Below, piece after piece: positions 59,823 to 64,000 of a DNA stretch of 64,000 nucleotides. The notes below the pieces were generated by a model. That model was not told where the DNA came from, ran no database searches, and saw nothing but the letters and a program-made list of their open reading frames with translations. A program made the translations under genes and the position numbers. Positions within the stretch are counted from its first letter, which is position 1, and each line of letters starts with the position of its first letter. The DNA is taken from contig OX638149.1 in the NCBI GenBank assembly GCA_951804945.1, positions 106,082,001 to 106,146,000 of the forward strand. Direction: 5' to 3'. The DNA comes from Podarcis cretensis. Lineage: Eukaryota.

Positions 59823-60544
59823 CTAGATGGCAAAAGGTGCACATGGGATATAAATGAGCAGGATGTTTTCCAACGAATGTAATCATTGGAGAGCAAAAGC
59901 AAATCAACTAAACCACTATGCATTCTCTACAACACAATCTAGGGCTCTTTCAATTTTTCCATAGCACAACACTATATAAATACTTCCCTGAATTAAATTT
60001 CATTACCTTCACAGGGTTGTCTACTATATGTCTACTATATGTCTAACTATATATGGCAGCAGCCCTCAAGGGTCTCAATGAGATGTTCTTTCCAGCTATA
60101 CCTGGAGCAGAACCAAAGATGTTCTGCACTATGTCCTAGTGCTGTACCACTAAGATATGGCACCTTCCCAATGGGTGAAGCTAGTAGATGGGGACTTGTC
60201 TAAGCTAGGGACCTAAAGTTCCCTACCTGTAGCACCTATTTTCATACAATATCCTCAATGTGCTGTTCACCCAGAAGCCTGAAACTTTATCATCGAAAAC
60301 AAACACTTCCTAATTTTGTGAAAACAGTAGGCCAACTTTTGTACAGTAGGCTACATTCCAGTTGTGCAGAAGTCAGGACTTTCTACACATGCACAAGCAA
60401 GCGGATTGTTGCAATGAAGCAATCAAGGAGAAGGTGGAGAAGGATCACAGGCCTGGAAGGGATCACAAGTGGCCTGAGGTTCCCTACCCCTGTAGTAACA
60501 CATTGAGTTTTCATTATTAGATACACGAACAGCAAGAAACTTAC

Positions 60545-60649
60545 ATCACTGTACAGTTTAGCCATATCTCTAGAATGACTCAGGGCTGGAGTGTCATCAG
60601 AACCAATGTAGTGGCCTCTTTCAAGGTTAAAGGTTTCTTTGTATTTCAG
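60545..60649 (-). CDS. NEB: NEB exon LKYKETFNLERGHYIGSDDTPALSHSRDMAKLYSD
   Basis: 105 bp, TAG/GTAAGT. Confidence 0.96.
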
Positions 60650-61248
60650 CTAGAGAGAAAAATTAAATAGAGTGTTAACCCATCATTCCACGTGCTACCA
60701 CACACACACCAGGATGACATATTCAGTATGCTGTGCTTCTTAAGGGATGAATGTCTTAATCAGCTTCTTGATGCATGAGGTGAACATACTAAATGCCTCA
60801 TGCTGGGGTGTTTTCTTTTATTCTTCAAATTCACTAAGTTATGAAGATCATTTTGAGCTCCTTTGAGGTGTCTTGTTGTTTACCTATGTTTGTTATTACT
60901 TCTGAATGATATAGCAAATTCAATGTCATACCATCATTTTGACAGAATTATTCTATCTATTTATTCTAATACCTTTCTCCCAAGACAGCACACGTTAAAA
61001 CAAATTATACAACACATATTCTGTTTAAACATTTCATTCTTCATGAATTGTGAGGCAACTCTTCCATACGCCATCTTAAGGGATATGCCACAAAAAATTA
61101 TTTACACAAAAATACTGTCATTTCCTTTCGCAGGACTACTTTGGCATGTGGTCGTTTTTAAAATATTGTCGTATGTTCCTGAACATTTGAGTTACGCAAA
61201 TACCTTCATAGTTCTAGCTGCAGTGATCAAGAGACATGACACTTTTAT

Positions 61249-61524
61249 ATCAGCCCTGAGTGCTCACTGGAAGGACAGATTGTGAAGCTGAGGCTCCAGT
61301 ACTTTGGCCACATCATGAGAAGAGAAGACTCCCTGGAGAAGACCCTGATGTTGGGAAAGATGGAGGGCACAAGGAGAAGGGGGCGACAGAGGACGAGATG
61401 GTTGGATAGTGTTTTCGAGGTTACCAGCATGAGTCTGACCAAGCTGCGGGGGGCAGTGGAGGACAGGAGTGCCTGGCGTTCTCTGGTCCATGGGGTCACG
61501 AAGAGTCGGACACGACTAAACGAC

Positions 61525-61556
<32 letters not shown>
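61249..61556 (+). mobile_element. RTE/BovB LINE 3' end with (CAA)n tail
   Basis: LRLQYFGHIMRREDSLEKTLMLGKMEGTRRRGRQRTRWLD...VHGVTKSRTRLND is the typical BovB ORF C-terminus. Confidence 0.93.
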
Positions 61557-61557
<1 letters not shown>

Positions 61558-61595
61558 TGTATTTACTCAGAAATTCTGATTTAAAGGATACTTAC

Positions 61596-61700
61596 ATCAC
61601 TCTGATTAATTGCGTTTGCCTTTGCCAGAACAATAGCTGGAGGGTCTTCCACAGGAGTGAAATTGGCAAAATTATCAATAGCCTCTTTTGTGTAGAGTCT
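61596..61700 (-). CDS. NEB: NEB exon RLYTKEAIDNFANFTPVEDPPAIVLAKANAINQSD
   Basis: 105 bp, CAG/GTAAGT. Confidence 0.96.
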
Positions 61701-61789
61701 CTGTAGGTAGACATGATTAGATTATCATAAATAACAGTAACAGGAAATGAATAGGATGCTGCCACAAATGTGTGAAAATTGCATCTTAC

Positions 61790-61894
61790 CTTATCAATCA
61801 GGTTCTGAGCGTTCTTCACTTTCCGATGCTCCACTGAATCTAAGGGAATCCAGCCACAGCCGCGGATCCATTCCAGATCAGATTTATAAATATT
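61790..61894 (-). CDS. NEB: NEB exon NIYKSDLEWIRGCGWIPLDSVEHRKVKNAQNLIDK
   Basis: 105 bp, CAG/GTAAGA; WIRGCGW marker. Confidence 0.97.
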
Positions 61895-62046
61895 CTGTAC
61901 ATATTAAAAAAGTTGAAGAATATTATTCACACCTATGCAGACAAAAGGACAAGCTGAGCCTTGATTTCCCTTCCCAGGCAATTGCTCTTGGGTATACCAA
62001 TATCAAACTCTTAAACTGGTGCGATCTGATTGCAAAAATCACTTAC

Positions 62047-62358
62047 ATCGCTTTGAAGGTCATATGCTTTCTTTGCCTGGATGCAGTCATTCTGATCAGG
62101 GTGGCAAGTCCATTCATGAAGGTAATGGCGATACGGAATTTCACTGACAACATGCTGGCAGTCTCTGGCTGCAATGACAGACAGTATATCTGGAGGTATA
62201 TGAATTTTGGACTTGGTTTTGTTATATGCCTGTTTATACAATCTGTCGTTCTGGATCTTGCCGGCATGTTCAAACCACACCAGTTTCGGGTCCTCTCTCA
62301 TATTATTGACACCGACGTAGTGACCTCTTTGGTGGACATAGTCTGCCTTGTATTTCAG
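62047..62358 (-). CDS. NEB: NEB three-module exon LKYKADYVHQRGHYVGVNNMREDPKLVWFEHAGKIQND...HEWTCHPDQNDCIQAKKAYDLQSD
   Basis: 312 bp, CAG/GTAAGT. Confidence 0.97.
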
Positions 62359-62605
62359 CTGAAATGGGAAAACACAGGTTCTTTAAATATCTGCACTGGA
62401 TCTTTCCTAATCCTAACTCTCTGGGTTATCCTTATGATTTCATGAAAGCATATCTGCTTTGTTTACTTGGTGGTCTTCCATCTCTGGGAATAGCATGCAA
62501 GAGTTTTCTTTAAAAGAAGATGAACCACTGAAACGAAAGATATGAAGGATGGGCTCTTTGATAGCGACAGAAGTCTGTGTGATTTTAAAGCTAAAGAGTG
62601 TTTAC

Positions 62606-62713
62606 CTCGCTTTGGACATCACTTGAATGCTTGGCATGGCGGATAGGCACACTGTCGTGAGGCAAAAGATAACCAGTAGCTTTCTCTCTTTCCCAATTCT
62701 CCTTGTACAGATG
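62606..62713 (-). CDS. NEB: NEB exon HLYKENWEREKATGYLLPHDSVPIRHAKHSSDVQSE
   Basis: 108 bp, CAG/GTAAAC. Confidence 0.96.
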
Positions 62714-62794
62714 CTGTAAAACAGAGAATTAAAGAGTTACATAAGGACTGTCACTGATTCCATTAAAACAAAACAAAACAAGGAAAGTACATAC

Positions 62795-62896
62795 ATGATT
62801 AAGAATCCTGGCTGCTTCTTTAGCTGCATCTAACTGTGGCGTGTCTGTCAGCGTATAGTTTGTCTTGATGTTATTCCATTCCTGGTGGTACTTAAT
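62795..62896 (-). CDS. NEB: NEB exon IKYHQEWNNIKTNYTLTDTPQLDAAKEAARILNH
   Basis: 102 bp, CAG/GTATGT. Confidence 0.96.
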
Positions 62897-63092
62897 CTGA
62901 AAAAGTAAAACATACATAATAAAAGTCTTTTAGATTTACAAGTTATATATGTATAACTAGACTCACACAATAAAACTCAGTGAATTTTTAAGGCCCCAGT
63001 TTCCACAGATACATGGTTTAGTTTTTGTGGATGAAGAAAATCTGTCTGACGTGCGTACACTGAACTGAATCAAAATAAGAGGTAATACTTAC

Positions 63093-63191
63093 ATCACTTA
63101 GTATTTCCCCGCCTTGTTTGGCTGTGATATAATCAACCCTGTCAGCCACTGGTGTAAACGGCTGTTTGTCAACTTTTGTGCGATACAGTCT
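63093..63191 (-). CDS. NEB: NEB exon RLYRTKVDKQPFTPVADRVDYITAKQGGEILSD
   Basis: 99 bp, CAG/GTAAGT. Confidence 0.96.
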
Positions 63192-63596
63192 CTGTGCAGA
63201 AATAAAAGAAAAGCAATGAGGCCATACAATTGTTTGCACCAGCAATAAGTGAAAAGAGAGAGAGTTGAGGGGAAAATATTCAAGGACAGGGACTGTCTCC
63301 TTTTTAATGTTTATCTTGCTTTCTGTCCTCTCCAGACCACACTCAGTAACAGAACCACCACTGTTGAGTTAGGATCTCTCATATGATAATGAGGCACTAA
63401 CTTTCCAAAAAGGTTTTTTCCCCCCAAGTATAAAATACCCAGACCTTAATATCAAGGCTAGATATTGCCTATCCAAGCCCAAAGTGCTGGGTGAATGAGC
63501 CAAAACATAAGTGGGGAAACTCGACTTCCTGTTTCTCCCCCAAACAAAATTACTTTTGGAACCACAATAATAAAATAATAATAAATAATAACAAAA

Positions 63597-63940
63597 TTTT
63601 ATTTATATCCCGCCCTCCCCAGCCGAAGCTGGGCTCAGAGCGACTAACAACAGTAAAATGATGCAACATTCTAAAATCAGTTCATTATAAAAGCAGTTAA
63701 ATCAGATTAATGGCAACCATTGGGCTCTGTGAGGATTGCCAAAGGAGGGGGTTAGGTTGTGCCCTGGCCAAAGGCCTGGCGGAACAGCTCTGTCTTGCAG
63801 GCCCTGCGGAAAGATGTCAAGTCCCGCAGGGCCCTAGTCTCTTGTGACAGAGCGTTCCACCAGATTGGAGCCACAGCCGAAAAAGCCCTGGCTCTGGTTG
63901 AGGCCAGCCTAACCTCTCTGTGGCCCGGGACCTCCAAGAT
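63597..63940 (-). mobile_element. L2-clade LINE 3' end
   Basis: RAFSAVAPIWWNAL...SFRRACKTELFRQAF ORF2 C-terminus followed by a 3' UTR ending GGGCGGGATATAAATAAA. Confidence 0.88.
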
Positions 63941-64000
63941 GTTTTTGTGTGGGGAGGGAGGGGAAGATAATCCTGCCTCTGGAAATAGCTACGTGAAGGA

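Larger units (their letters stand above)
1049..63191 (-). other. NEB: Nebulin gene, internal portion (67 traced coding exons; gene continues beyond both window edges)
   Basis: Regular minus-strand exons of 93-114 bp (a few 198/312 bp), all phase 0 with AG/GT ends. They splice into SDxxY nebulin modules with a WLKGIG-type marker every 7th module. Confidence 0.98.

Noticed and set aside
61747-62445. 232-aa plus-strand ORF
   Set aside because: Antisense shadow of two closely spaced NEB exons, including the 312-bp exon; no independent gene signals.

Overview
This is eukaryotic genomic DNA from a squamate reptile, probably a lacertid lizard, judged from Sauria-type SINEs and BovB, L1 and L2 fragments. 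The whole window lies inside the nebulin gene (NEB) on the minus strand; both gene ends are outside it. I traced 67 coding exons by hand, all phase-0 with GT-AG boundaries, from 63191 down to 1049. They encode the last ~5 seven-module super-repeats (WxxGxG markers), the C-terminal linker/simple modules and twelve 93-bp exons, ten of them Z-disk-type VLYKE..TPEMERVKRNQExxSS. Human exon equivalents (~111 to ~176) are my inference from remembered human sequence. Introns carry SINEs, truncated LINEs, hAT-type MITEs and microsatellites. The best leads are: (1) an 822-bp solo-LTR-like insertion with a 5-bp TSD, almost filled by an intact 218-aa ORF, 77 bp from an exon whose donor site is triplicated; (2) a 99-bp nebulin-module exon with no human counterpart that I recall; (3) birth and death of Z-disk exons, seen as tandem duplications with shared introns plus a frameshifted pseudoexon; (4) a mutually exclusive exon pair, shown by module counting, with RBFOX motifs and tandem hairpins around it. 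Nearly all other ORF-track entries are noise. There is no CRISPR array or prokaryotic system.
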